Shown in pieces: positions 1-8,706 of a stretch of 62,699 bases of DNA. The stretch's first letter is position 1; every line of letters starts with the position of its first letter. The notes below the pieces were generated by a model. That model ran no database searches. It saw only the letters and a program-made list of their open reading frames with translations, and had not been told where the DNA came from. Position numbers and translations under genes: made by a program. Location: NCBI GenBank assembly GCA_037128115.1, contig JBAXXB010000001.1, forward strand, positions 1 to 62,699, given 5' to 3'. Source of the stretch: Bacteroidota bacterium (GTDB taxonomy: Bacteria > Bacteroidota > Bacteroidia > Bacteroidales > UBA4417).

Positions 1-595
1 CATCACTGAAATCAGCTTTCACGTCTGGTGTAGGCTCCTGGTCAGGATAAGCGGGGTTGATCCCCAGCTTGTAGGTAAATGATTTTTCGATATTAAAGGC
101 AAAGCGTGGGCCACCATACAGGTAAAAATCTGATTTGAACGGGGCAAAGCGAAGGCTGGGCTCAATGGTAATATAACTAAGGTCTGCGTTTAAATCAGCC
201 GGACAATTACAGGGAGTCTTTACTTCTTTGAAATCGCCGTTACGGCTGTCGTATCCTGCCTGCAGCATAAAACCCAGCCTGGAATCAGGACGATGGTACT
301 CTACCAGAGGAGCAACAAACAGTCCGGCACCAAAACCATCATGGAAGGTGGTAGGGACTGTAAGGTCCGAATTCAGTTGCTGGGTCGAGCCACGAAAGAA
401 GTTGAGATTTGCTCCGCCTGCCACACCAAAAAACCATGTAGGCCGGGTGAACTGTACTTCCTGCGCCTGGAGGGAAACCTGGAAGCCTGTCAACATAAAT
501 GCACCGATAATCATACTTTTAACGGTCAGGCTATAAGGGGACCACGCTTGGCGCGATCCCTTTGGTAAATTAATTTTTAATTTCATATTTTTCAT
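1..595 (-). CDS. outer-membrane beta-barrel protein (porin/OmpA-barrel-like), 3' end cut by window edge
   Basis: Hand translation of the minus strand from ATG 595. It is absent from the ORF track because there is no stop in the window. Sequence: MKNMKLKINLPKGSRQAWSPYSLTVKSMIIGAFMLTGFQVSLQAQEVQFTRPTWFFGVAGGANLNFFRGS...LYGGPRFAFNIEKSFTYKLG. The signal-peptide-like MIIGAFMLTGFQVSLQA suggests the real start may be ATG 514. Alternating aromatic/Gly strand pattern fits an outer-membrane barrel. Confidence 0.5.
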   Translation of the reverse strand, partial: MKNMKLKINLPKGSRQAWSPYSLTVKSMIIGAFMLTGFQVSLQAQEVQFTRPTWFFGVAGGANLNFFRGSTQQLNSDLTVPTTFHDGFGAGLFVAPLVEYHRPDSRLGFMLQAGYDSRNGDFKEVKTPCNCPADLNADLSYITIEPSLRFAPFKSDFYLYGGPRFAFNIEKSFTYKLGINPAYPDQEPTPDVKADFSD

Positions 596-681
596 TTTAG
601 TTTTGTTGTTACATTTTCTTTATACACATCCCACCCAGTGGCGGGAACAAGGCACCTGGCAATTAAACCAATATCCCAGGC

Positions 682-3600
682 CTAATTTGAAGGAACATTT
701 ACAGTAGTGTTTACCATAGTTACTGAAGCAACCAGTGAGAGGGCCCTGCCATTGAGTACCGTTTGAACGGCATTGCCGGCGGTAGAGAAAGTCACTCCTG
801 AGTAAGCAATGATGGTGCCCACCATGATTCCGCCTCCGGCACCGTTAATGGTGGCTGCGGTACCTACATACCAGAACACATTCTTAGGCAAGGCTCCGTT
901 AATCAACACAATGCTGCGAGCGCCTGTAGGACCTGCAATACCTACGGTTAGGCCGGCTGCTGTCTGGAAAACCCAGGTTGCATTAGGGTCACCCTGGGCG
1001 TCCAGGGTAAGAGGTCCGTTCGATATTTTAAAAGTACCACTGGCTGATTTATATATCCCCGGGGCTAAAGTTAATCCACCCAGTTCGCCGGCACCCGGAT
1101 CAATACCACCTGGCATTGAAGCAGGCGAGATGCTGTTATAAGCTATGTTGGCATCAAGTAAGCCCTGTGTAGCGATTGCAAACGAAGTGGCCGTCCCTGG
1201 AAAAGGAGGTGCTGTGAATATACCATTCGTTACAAGACCTACATTAAGCGGAGTTTCGGTATATACATCCCCGGTCATACCATCGTGGAACCCGGTAATT
1301 AAAGTAGAGGCGGCCGTAGAGGAGATGGCTCCATGAACAACTGTATTAATACCCTGGTTCGTAACCCCTGCATTTCCACCGAAAGCTCCGAATATCGCAG
1401 CCGTTCCCAGATCAATGACGACAGGTGGAATTATACCCGAAGCAGTAGTAAAACTCCAAACATATTCAGTCAGCATTGGAACGCCGGCTATAGTAAGGGC
1501 ACCGGTAGTTATGGTACAAGTATATAAAGTATTAGCTAAAAGACTGCTTGCAGGTACAAATGTTGCAGTTGAACCGCTGAATGAAATTGTACCCCCTATA
1601 AGCGTGGTACCATGATATATGGTAAAGGTAGAGGCATTTATTGTCGACGGGTTCATCGGCGTATTAAACGTCGCGGCAATTGTTTTTGACAGATCCACAT
1701 CGGTAGCATTATCCAATGGATCGGTAGAAATGATCATGGGTGCTGAAACAGATAAAGTAGTGAAACTCCAAACATAATTATTCACCATCGGAATACCCGT
1801 GGCATTCTGTACACCGGTATTTATTGTACATGTGTAGACAGTATTTGATAAAAGTGTACTTACCGGGGCAAAAGTAGCTGTAGATCCGTTGTATGAAATT
1901 GTTCCAGCTATAGGCGTTGTACCATGGTAAACAGTAAAGTTAGAGGCATTAATTGTAGCCGGATTCATCGGCATACTGAAGGTTGCTGTAACTTGTTTTA
2001 AAAGATCTACATCCAGTGCGTTGTCGATAGGATTTGTAGTTATTACAACGGGAGCCACCAGAGGTAAAGTTGCAAAAGTCCAAACATAATTGACTGCCAT
2101 TGGCGTGCCTGCTATACTCTGCACACCGGTAGTTATGGTACAGGTATATTCAGTATTTGGAAGTAGCGTGCTCAACGGGTCAAAAGTTGCTGTTGAACCG
2201 TTGTAGGAAATTACTCCTCCTATGGGTGTTGTTCCATGATAAATGGTGAAGTTTGCTGCTATCATGGTCAAAGGATTTATCGGCATACTAAAGGTTGCAG
2301 TTACGTTCTTCAGAAGGTCAACATTCAGGGCTTTGTCGGCCGGATCCGTTAAAATGACAACGGGAGCCGATGTGGAAGTCAGAGTAGTAAATGTCCACAC
2401 ATAGTCAGATGCCAGTGGAATACCTGCCACATTTTTAGCCCCGGTGGTAACGGTAGCCGTATAGATGGTACCTGGCAAAAGATCAGTAGTTGGTGCAAAG
2501 GTTGCAACAGACCCTATGAATGATACTGTTCCGGCTACAGGCGTTGTACCCTGCTTTATGGTGAAGGTTGTGCCTGTAAGGGTCAACGGGTCCATTGGTA
2601 CACTAAATGTTGCAGTAACTTTTTTGCTGAGAATCACTCCCGTGGCAGTGTTTGCCGGGTCGGTTGAAATAACTGTCGGAGGCACAAACGATCCGGTTGT
2701 AAAAGTCCAGACATAATTACTGGTCAAGGATATTCCTGCAACATTTTTAGCCCCGGTTGTTATCGTACAAACATAAGAAGTGTTTGGTGTCAATAAAGCA
2801 GTAGGGATAAAGGATGCCGTTGCACCCGTATATGAAACAGTTCCTGCCACAGTTGTTAAACCTTGTTTAACCGTGAAGGTTAAATCAGTGAAAGTTAAGG
2901 GGTCCATTGCCATACTGAAGGTGGCTGTAACTGTTTTTCCAAGTAATACACCGATGGCATTGTTTGTAGGGTCAGTCGAAATTACGGCTGGCCCTAAAGT
3001 AGAACCGGTAGTAAATGACCACACATAATTACTTTCAAGCGTAGTGCCCGCCAGGTTTTTAGCCACAGTGGCAATGGTGGCGGTATAAACAGTATTGGGT
3101 GCCAGGTTACTGCCAGGAGTTAAAGAGGCTGTTACACCGGAATATGAAATAACTCCTGCAATTGATAAATTGCCTTGTTTTAAGGTAAAGGCAGCTGCCG
3201 TAATAGTAGCAGGATCCATTGGTATACTAAAAGTTGCTGAAACAACTTTATTAATGAACACACCGGTTTCGGCATTTACCGGGTCGGTTGTAATAACCGT
3301 AGGCGATAGGATAGCACCCGTGCTGAATGTCCACACATAATTGGTTTGCAAGGCGTTGCCCTTTAAATCTTTAATGGTCGATTTAACTGTACCCGTATAA
3401 GTTGTGTTAGGTGAGAGATTCGCAGTTGGTGCAAAGCTTAAGGTTGCATGTGTATTGTCATAGGACACAATACCTGGAACAGGGACACCCGATTTTAATC
3501 CCCCTGTTAATGTAAACGAGGACTGGGTGATTGTGACGGGATTCATCTCTTCATTGAAAGTTGCTGTAACAATCTGGTTCATGGGTACATTTGTAGCGGC

Positions 3601-3744
3601 ATTAGCAGGGTTTGTCGATTCCACAACCGGGCATACTCCAACGATTTCAACGTACTCGTCTTTTTTGCATCCGCCTATCAATGCTGCCAGTAATAAGGAG
3701 GCTACGATTGAGGTCATCCATAATCGTTTTCTTGTTGTTTTCAT
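682..3744 (-). CDS. surface lipoprotein with 7 tandem Ig-like (SbsA-Ig/Big_5-type) domains and a C-terminal DUF3494 ice-binding-like domain
   Basis: ORF 682..3828. The start is trimmed to ATG 3744 (MKTTRKRLWMTSIVASLLLAALIGGC, lipobox). The longer start would lie upstream of the predicted promoter. Seven ~105-aa units of type P-V-I-x-T-D-P...V-T-A-T-F-S-x-P-M-x-P-x-T...Y-V-W-x-F-T-T. C-terminal 247 aa (AAIFGAFGGNAGVTNQG...LNGRALS) matches the DUF3494/ice-binding family pattern. Confidence 0.85.
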   Translation of the reverse strand: MKTTRKRLWMTSIVASLLLAALIGGCKKDEYVEIVGVCPVVESTNPANAATNVPMNQIVTATFNEEMNPVTITQSSFTLTGGLKSGVPVPGIVSYDNTHATLSFAPTANLSPNTTYTGTVKSTIKDLKGNALQTNYVWTFSTGAILSPTVITTDPVNAETGVFINKVVSATFSIPMDPATITAAAFTLKQGNLSIAGVISYSGVTASLTPGSNLAPNTVYTATIATVAKNLAGTTLESNYVWSFTTGSTLGPAVISTDPTNNAIGVLLGKTVTATFSMAMDPLTFTDLTFTVKQGLTTVAGTVSYTGATASFIPTALLTPNTSYVCTITTGAKNVAGISLTSNYVWTFTTGSFVPPTVISTDPANTATGVILSKKVTATFSVPMDPLTLTGTTFTIKQGTTPVAGTVSFIGSVATFAPTTDLLPGTIYTATVTTGAKNVAGIPLASDYVWTFTTLTSTSAPVVILTDPADKALNVDLLKNVTATFSMPINPLTMIAANFTIYHGTTPIGGVISYNGSTATFDPLSTLLPNTEYTCTITTGVQSIAGTPMAVNYVWTFATLPLVAPVVITTNPIDNALDVDLLKQVTATFSMPMNPATINASNFTVYHGTTPIAGTISYNGSTATFAPVSTLLSNTVYTCTINTGVQNATGIPMVNNYVWSFTTLSVSAPMIISTDPLDNATDVDLSKTIAATFNTPMNPSTINASTFTIYHGTTLIGGTISFSGSTATFVPASSLLANTLYTCTITTGALTIAGVPMLTEYVWSFTTASGIIPPVVIDLGTAAIFGAFGGNAGVTNQGINTVVHGAISSTAASTLITGFHDGMTGDVYTETPLNVGLVTNGIFTAPPFPGTATSFAIATQGLLDANIAYNSISPASMPGGIDPGAGELGGLTLAPGIYKSASGTFKISNGPLTLDAQGDPNATWVFQTAAGLTVGIAGPTGARSIVLINGALPKNVFWYVGTAATINGAGGGIMVGTIIAYSGVTFSTAGNAVQTVLNGRALSLVASVTMVNTTVNVPSN
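1426..3630 (-). repeat. 7 x ~315-bp in-frame tandem coding repeats (Ig-like domain array)
   Basis: Residues 67-801 of the ORF-track protein divide into 7 units of ~105 aa. Units 5-7 are most alike (DVDLLK..FT[IV]YHGTT.I.G.IS[YF].GSTATF..YTCTI.TG). Units 3-4 form a second subgroup (TGAKNVAGI.L.S.YVWTFTT). Confidence 0.9.
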
Positions 3745-3760
3745 GTTGTTCGTTTTAAAG

Positions 3761-3778
3761 TGTGAATAAATTTTCACA
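3761..3778. promoter_or_regulatory. perfect palindrome TGTGAA-TAAATT-TTCACA over the predicted TSS/5' UTR of the Ig/DUF3494 gene
   Basis: Read directly: tgtgaataaattttcaca. It lies between the TTTG box (3782-3785, minus strand) and ATG 3744. Confidence 0.3.
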
Positions 3779-3781
3779 GTG

Positions 3782-3847
3782 CAAAGGACTATCATTTTGT
3801 ATCCCAAACTGTTATACAATTCTCCCAAAGAGTTACATCATTCACAC
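3782..3847 (-). promoter_or_regulatory. promoter module copy 5: 38-bp conserved motif (3847-3810) plus TTTG box 28 nt downstream
   Basis: Minus-strand GTGTGAATGATGTAACTCTTTGGGAGAATTGTATAACA. The G of TTTG is at 3782, exactly 28 nt past the motif end. It sits 66 nt upstream of ATG 3744. Confidence 0.55.
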
Positions 3848-4220
3848 ATCCCGGGTTGAGGCTGTCACGGCTTCCTGTATATAAGGATCGCATGCACGCT
3901 CTTTTTAATAAGAATTAACTTTGAAATGATTTTCTTGCTGGTCGGACATTGTTCCTGGCAAATGAAAAGAATCCTGGTCCGCTAATGATCCAGCCTCCCA
4001 AGTTTCAAGAATCGGGGTCTGCCCCGCTTTCCTTCAGGTGGATTACGGCCTGGATTTTAGAATTTGAGATGAATCGGATACCGGAGTCTAACCCCCGTGC
4101 AGAAACGCCGCCAAACAGGTAGTCGAGGCAATGCAGGTTTCAGGGATGCCGGTTCCTTTCCAAATCCTTGCAGCGGTTTCCAGGGTCAAACTATCCTGGA
4201 GTAGAGTCCCCCACAGCAAT

Positions 4221-4286
4221 GTGTGAATCATATAACTATGTTGAAAAGTTATGTAACAGAAACCAGAGTAATGAAACGGAATTTTG
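4221..4286 (+). promoter_or_regulatory. promoter module copy 1: 38-bp conserved motif plus -7-like box GAATTTTG
   Basis: GTGTGAATCATATAACTATGTTGAAAAGTTATGTAACA at 4221-4258. The G of TTTG is at 4286 (28 nt past the motif). ATG at 4338. Confidence 0.6.
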
Positions 4287-4337
4287 CAGAAATTTTTAGC
4301 TTAGGGTGAAAAGCCCTGGTGGGAATAAACCAAGAAG

Positions 4338-6767
4338 ATGCAGGAAATAAAAAAAACAACGATCCCACTGTACCGGAGCATGATAGCTTCTGTCAGGCTC
4401 CATTGCCGGTTCATACTGCACCGGATCAGCAAGCATAAATTGCTAAAAGCACTGCTAATACTGGCAGGTGTAGTTATTGTTTTTGCAGGGCTGGTAATCT
4501 TGTTTATATCACCTATTACAAAATACCTGGTCGAAAAGTATGATTTGAAATATACCGGTCGGCAGATCACCATGGACTGGGCATATGTGAACCCGTTTAC
4601 CGGCAATTTTCATTTCGAAAATCTTAAAATACATGAATATCACAGTGACAGCATTTTCCTTTCAGTAAAAGGAGTGAATGCAAATATTACCATGCGTAAA
4701 CTGTTCGCCAGGGCCTATGAAATAAGTGAGCTAACACTCAATAAACCTCAAGGTATTATTATCCAGGTTGATAAGAATCTGAATTTCGATGATCTTATCA
4801 GAAAATTTACTTCCAAAGCAGATTCTAAAAAAATCACCACACCTGTCCATTTTAGTATTCTCAGTATCAAAATTACTGACGGGGAATTTTATTACCGCGA
4901 AAGGGTTACCCCTATAAATTACTTTATCACCGGCGTAAATATCGAGATCCGGGGAATTCATTGGGATTCAGATATAATCGCTGCAAAATATTCCTTTGTG
5001 TCGGGTATTGGAAGCGGAAACATGAAGGGTGATTTTACCATCAATATTAAAACCCTGGATTACCGGCTAGCCGTCGTCGCACAGAAATTCGACCTGGAAA
5101 TCCTGGAACAATACCTGAAAGAACTGACCAACTTTGGATATTTCAACGGAAACATCGATGCGGATCTGAATGTTAAAGGCAGTTTTAATACCGCGGAGAA
5201 TGTAACGTTCAGGGGGCTGCTGGCTATCAATGATTTCCGAACCGGTAAAAAGCCAGGTGATAATTATGCCTCTTTCCAAAAGCTGACCCTGGCCATATTC
5301 GAACTCAGTCCCAAGAATCATAAATATCTTTTCGATTCGGTTTCCCTCAATAACCCATATTTCAAGTATGAGCAATATGATTACCTGGATAACCTTTCAC
5401 GTATGTTTGTTTCGGAAGCGAGCAAGGCAGAGGTTGGCCAGACCCCAGGCGCAAAATTTAACCTGGTTCTCGAAATCGGCAATTATATAAAACGGCTGTC
5501 GAAGAACTTCTTCCGAAGCAATTATAAGATCAACCGGCTCGCCATTTATAGTGGTAACCTGGAATATAGTGACTTTTCGATGAGCGAAAAACTCTCCATA
5601 CATTTAAACCCACTATATATTCTGGCTGATTCCATTACTAAGAATCGAAAAATGGTAAGCGTTTCCTTTAAATCAGGCATCATGCCCTATGGAGATGTAA
5701 CTGTAGCATTAAGTATAAATCCGAACGACAGTTCAGACTTTGATCTTGACTTCCACCTTCGAAAGATACCTGCTGCCATGTTTAATCCCTATTTGATTCA
5801 TTACACTTCCTTTCCAGTCGATAGGGGTACTCTTTCATTAAGCGGGAAATGGACTGTGCGAAACGGAAATATAAAAAGCGATAATCACCTGATCCTGATC
5901 GATCCCCGTTTAACAAAACGGGTCAAAAACAAAGAAACAAAATGGCTGCCTATGCGCCTGATTATGGCTTTTACCCGCGAGCGCGGCAATGTTATTGATT
6001 ATGAGGTTCCTATAAGCGGTGACCTGAAAAATCCGAAATTTCACCTGCATGACGTCCTTATGGATGTGCTCGGGAATATTTTTATTAAACCGGCTACCAC
6101 TCCATACCGGATGGAAGTGAAAAATACAGAAACTGAAATCGAAAAATCGCTTACCATGAAATGGCCCATGCGAAAAAGTTCACTTACCAAGGAGCAGGAA
6201 AAGTTTATCAAAAAAATGGCTGAATTCCTGGCAGACAATCCTGATGCAACTATAACGATTATGCCACAGCAGTATACCGCGAAAGAAAAAGAATACATAC
6301 TGTTTTATGAAGCTAAAAAAAAGTATTTCCGGACGGTAGCACATAGAAACGAATCGTATTTCAGCAATATAGATTCCGACAAGGTCGAAAAAATGTCGGT
6401 TAAAGATGCTCAGTTTATACGATATCTAAATATACATACAGCTGATTCAATGCTGTTTACGGTCCAGGACAAATGCACAACCTTACTTGGTGTGAGTTTT
6501 GTAGAGGCTAAATATAAACAACTGAAACATGACAGGAAAACCGCCTTTATAGCTTATTTTAAGGAGAGAAATTTGGAGAACCGGATACGATTTTCAGCTG
6601 AAAAGGACATGATTCCTTATAATGGATTTTCGTACTACCAAATCATTTACAAGGGTGAATTCCCTGACGATATCATGAAAGCCTATATTAAAATGAATGA
6701 ATTAAATGACCAGGCGCCCCGAAACCTGTTTCAAAAATACCGGAGAAAATACAAGGTCAAACAATAG
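4338..6767 (+). CDS. DUF748/AsmA-like membrane-anchored protein
   Basis: 809-aa ORF with one N-terminal TM helix (LLILAGVVIVFAGLVILFI), followed by a long beta-rich region with repeated units resembling DUF748/AsmA-type proteins. The family call is from memory only and has not been HMM-checked. Confidence 0.5.
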   Translation: MQEIKKTTIPLYRSMIASVRLHCRFILHRISKHKLLKALLILAGVVIVFAGLVILFISPITKYLVEKYDLKYTGRQITMDWAYVNPFTGNFHFENLKIHEYHSDSIFLSVKGVNANITMRKLFARAYEISELTLNKPQGIIIQVDKNLNFDDLIRKFTSKADSKKITTPVHFSILSIKITDGEFYYRERVTPINYFITGVNIEIRGIHWDSDIIAAKYSFVSGIGSGNMKGDFTINIKTLDYRLAVVAQKFDLEILEQYLKELTNFGYFNGNIDADLNVKGSFNTAENVTFRGLLAINDFRTGKKPGDNYASFQKLTLAIFELSPKNHKYLFDSVSLNNPYFKYEQYDYLDNLSRMFVSEASKAEVGQTPGAKFNLVLEIGNYIKRLSKNFFRSNYKINRLAIYSGNLEYSDFSMSEKLSIHLNPLYILADSITKNRKMVSVSFKSGIMPYGDVTVALSINPNDSSDFDLDFHLRKIPAAMFNPYLIHYTSFPVDRGTLSLSGKWTVRNGNIKSDNHLILIDPRLTKRVKNKETKWLPMRLIMAFTRERGNVIDYEVPISGDLKNPKFHLHDVLMDVLGNIFIKPATTPYRMEVKNTETEIEKSLTMKWPMRKSSLTKEQEKFIKKMAEFLADNPDATITIMPQQYTAKEKEYILFYEAKKKYFRTVAHRNESYFSNIDSDKVEKMSVKDAQFIRYLNIHTADSMLFTVQDKCTTLLGVSFVEAKYKQLKHDRKTAFIAYFKERNLENRIRFSAEKDMIPYNGFSYYQIIYKGEFPDDIMKAYIKMNELNDQAPRNLFQKYRRKYKVKQ

Positions 6768-6929
6768 TAAGCTGTCAACTCAGGCTCACCGGGCCAAATC
6801 CTAAAGGCGAACCTTTTTATTAACATCATACTAATTGATATTCTGATCATTAGCCGCATATTACCTTTCATTGAGGCTGAGAAATCAGAAATGATGGCTA
6901 GTTAAGTTGCATCCACAACCTCAGCCGAA

Positions 6930-6995
6930 GTGTGAATCATGTAACTAATTCAAAAAGTTCTGTAATACTTTACCAATCATACCAATGCATCTTTG
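6930..6995 (+). promoter_or_regulatory. promoter module copy 2: 38-bp conserved motif plus -7-like box CATCTTTG
   Basis: GTGTGAATCATGTAACTAATTCAAAAAGTTCTGTAATA at 6930-6967. The G of TTTG is at 6995 (28 nt past the motif). ATG at 7128. Confidence 0.6.
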
Positions 6996-7127
6996 CTCCA
7001 GGAATTTCCGGGGGAAAAGATACTACGTTAAACAACCTTTTTCACAACCTGTACATAAGGTTTTAACCGGGTAAGGTCTTGAGTCTTTACTATTAATCCG
7101 GTCATTTTTACAATACAAGCATGCTAA

Positions 7128-7922
7128 ATGGCAATTTTAACCCACAGGAAGCACCTGTTTTCAAAAGGTACCGATTTGTTTTTTACAGGTGTCAGCAGCG
7201 CCTATAAATTTAGCGCGTTGTTTTTCAAAGAAGCCTTCAAAAAACCTTTTCACCTCCGCGAAGTCATAAACCAATGCTTCGAAGTAGGCTTAAAATCGCT
7301 GGCATTGATAACGCTTACGGGTTTTATTGTCGGAATCGTATTCACCAAGCAATCGCGTCCCTCGCTCGAAGATTTCGGCGCAACCTCCTGGCTTCCTTCC
7401 CTGATTGGCATAGCTATTGTCAGGGCATTGGGGCCCCTGGTAACTGCGCTTATCTGCGCGGGTAAAGTCGGTTCCAGTATAGGTGCGGAACTGGGTTCCA
7501 TGAAAGTAACCGAGCAGATTGATGCCATGGAAGTATCGGCTATTAATCCTTTTAAGTACCTGGTAGTCACCCGGGTGATCGCTACTACAATCACCATACC
7601 TGTTCTGGCATTGTATTGCAGTTTTGTCGGGCTTATGGGTTCGTTTGTAAATGTACACAGCGAGGAATCCATGAGCCTTATCACCTTCTATCAAAGTGCA
7701 TTTTCAAGCATCAGCTTCCTCGATATTTTTACTTCTGTTTCCAAATCGCTGGCTTATGGTTTTACAATTGGCATGGTAGGAGCGTACAAAGGATTTAATG
7801 CCACCCAGGGTACCCGTGGGGTGGGCAAAGCAGCGAATCAGGCGGTGGTACTTGCCATGTTCCTCATTTTCCTTGAGGAACTCATCATTGTACAGGTAGC
7901 CAACTGGATCAGATATTTTTAA
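7128..7922 (+). CDS. mlaE: MlaE-family ABC transporter permease (set 1)
   Basis: 264 aa. Hallmark GPLVTALICAGKVGSSIGAELGSMKVTEQIDAMEV, and multi-TM. Confidence 0.9.
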   Translation: MAILTHRKHLFSKGTDLFFTGVSSAYKFSALFFKEAFKKPFHLREVINQCFEVGLKSLALITLTGFIVGIVFTKQSRPSLEDFGATSWLPSLIGIAIVRALGPLVTALICAGKVGSSIGAELGSMKVTEQIDAMEVSAINPFKYLVVTRVIATTITIPVLALYCSFVGLMGSFVNVHSEESMSLITFYQSAFSSISFLDIFTSVSKSLAYGFTIGMVGAYKGFNATQGTRGVGKAANQAVVLAMFLIFLEELIIVQVANWIRYF

Positions 7923-7923
7923 G

Positions 7924-8703
7924 ATGATGAAAAAAAATAGTCAACATATTGCAAACAAGAAGGAGCTGGCGATTTCCATCAGCGGGCTATATAAGTCGTT
8001 CGCTGAATTACACGTTTTAAAAGGCATTGATTTTCATCTTTTTAAAGGAGAGAATGTGGCTGTGCTCGGAAAATCAGGTACCGGGAAATCGGTATTGATA
8101 AAAATTATAGTGGGTCTGCTCAAGCCCGACAAAGGTGAAGTGATAGTGCTGGGAGAACACGTTGACAAACTGGCCCGCAAAGAGCTGGATGCCTTGCGGT
8201 TGCGCATCGGGTTTTCGTTCCAGAGCAGTGCCTTGTACGACAGTATGAATGTGTTCCAGAATCTCGCCTTCCCTTTAACCATGAACAGGAAAAGCCTTAC
8301 TAAACAGGATATTAAAGAGGCTGTCGAAGAAGTGCTGGAAGCAGTTGGGCTAAGTTCTAAAATAAACGAACTGCCCTCTGATCTTTCGGGAGGGCAACGC
8401 AAGCGAATCGGCATCGCAAGGACTTTAATCCTGAAACCCGAAATCATGTTGTACGACGAACCCACCTCGGGCCTCGACCCGGTTACAAGTGCCGAAATCA
8501 TTCAGCTAATCAATGAAGTGCAACAGAAATACAATACCAGTTCAGTCATTATAACCCACGATCTCACCTGTGCTAAAAACACGGGCAATCGTATTGCCAT
8601 GCTGCACGACGGCAGGTTTCTAAAAGTCGGGACTTTTAAAGAAGTATTCGATACGGACAATGAGCAGATAAAAGGATTCTTCAATTACAATTTTATACAA
8701 TAA
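7924..8703 (+). CDS. mlaF: MlaF-like ABC transporter ATP-binding protein (set 1)
   Basis: Walker A GKSGTGKS, signature LSGGQRKR, Walker B MLYDEPTSGLD. Starts 1 nt after the mlaE stop. Confidence 0.9.
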   Translation: MMKKNSQHIANKKELAISISGLYKSFAELHVLKGIDFHLFKGENVAVLGKSGTGKSVLIKIIVGLLKPDKGEVIVLGEHVDKLARKELDALRLRIGFSFQSSALYDSMNVFQNLAFPLTMNRKSLTKQDIKEAVEEVLEAVGLSSKINELPSDLSGGQRKRIGIARTLILKPEIMLYDEPTSGLDPVTSAEIIQLINEVQQKYNTSSVIITHDLTCAKNTGNRIAMLHDGRFLKVGTFKEVFDTDNEQIKGFFNYNFIQ

Positions 8704-8706
8704 GCC

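Noticed and set aside
607-627. Possible sixth, partial copy of the promoter motif upstream of the partial OMP gene (minus strand GTGTATAAAGAAAATGTAACA).
   Set aside because: Only the GTGT head and one ATGTAACA half-site are present, at a compressed spacing. There is no TTTG box at +28, and the element is only 13 nt from ATG 595. This is not enough to call.
2465-3340. Three evenly spaced ~82-aa plus-strand ORFs (2465..2716, 2780..3028, 3095..3340), with similar ones at 809..1615 and 3527..3769.
   Set aside because: They lie antisense inside the Ig-repeat gene. Their ~315-nt periodicity only mirrors the tandem coding repeats on the minus strand. Composition is low-complexity Val/Thr/Ala-rich with no independent signals.
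3745-3828. ORF-track N-terminal extension of the Ig/DUF3494 protein (MGELYNSLGYKMIVLCTVKIYSHFKTNN).
   Set aside because: It would start inside or upstream of the predicted promoter (TTTG box at 3782-3785, motif at 3810-3847). A clean lipoprotein signal peptide begins at ATG 3744.
4301-4606. 101-aa minus-strand ORF overlapping the DUF748 gene start and promoter module.
   Set aside because: It is antisense to a much longer coherent ORF and spans the predicted promoter. The sequence is not protein-like.
6803-6820. Short hairpins after the DUF748, mlaD (9684) and hybrid-kinase (35560) stops, considered as terminators.
   Set aside because: Stems are only 4-6 bp with poor or absent U tracts. They are too weak to annotate.
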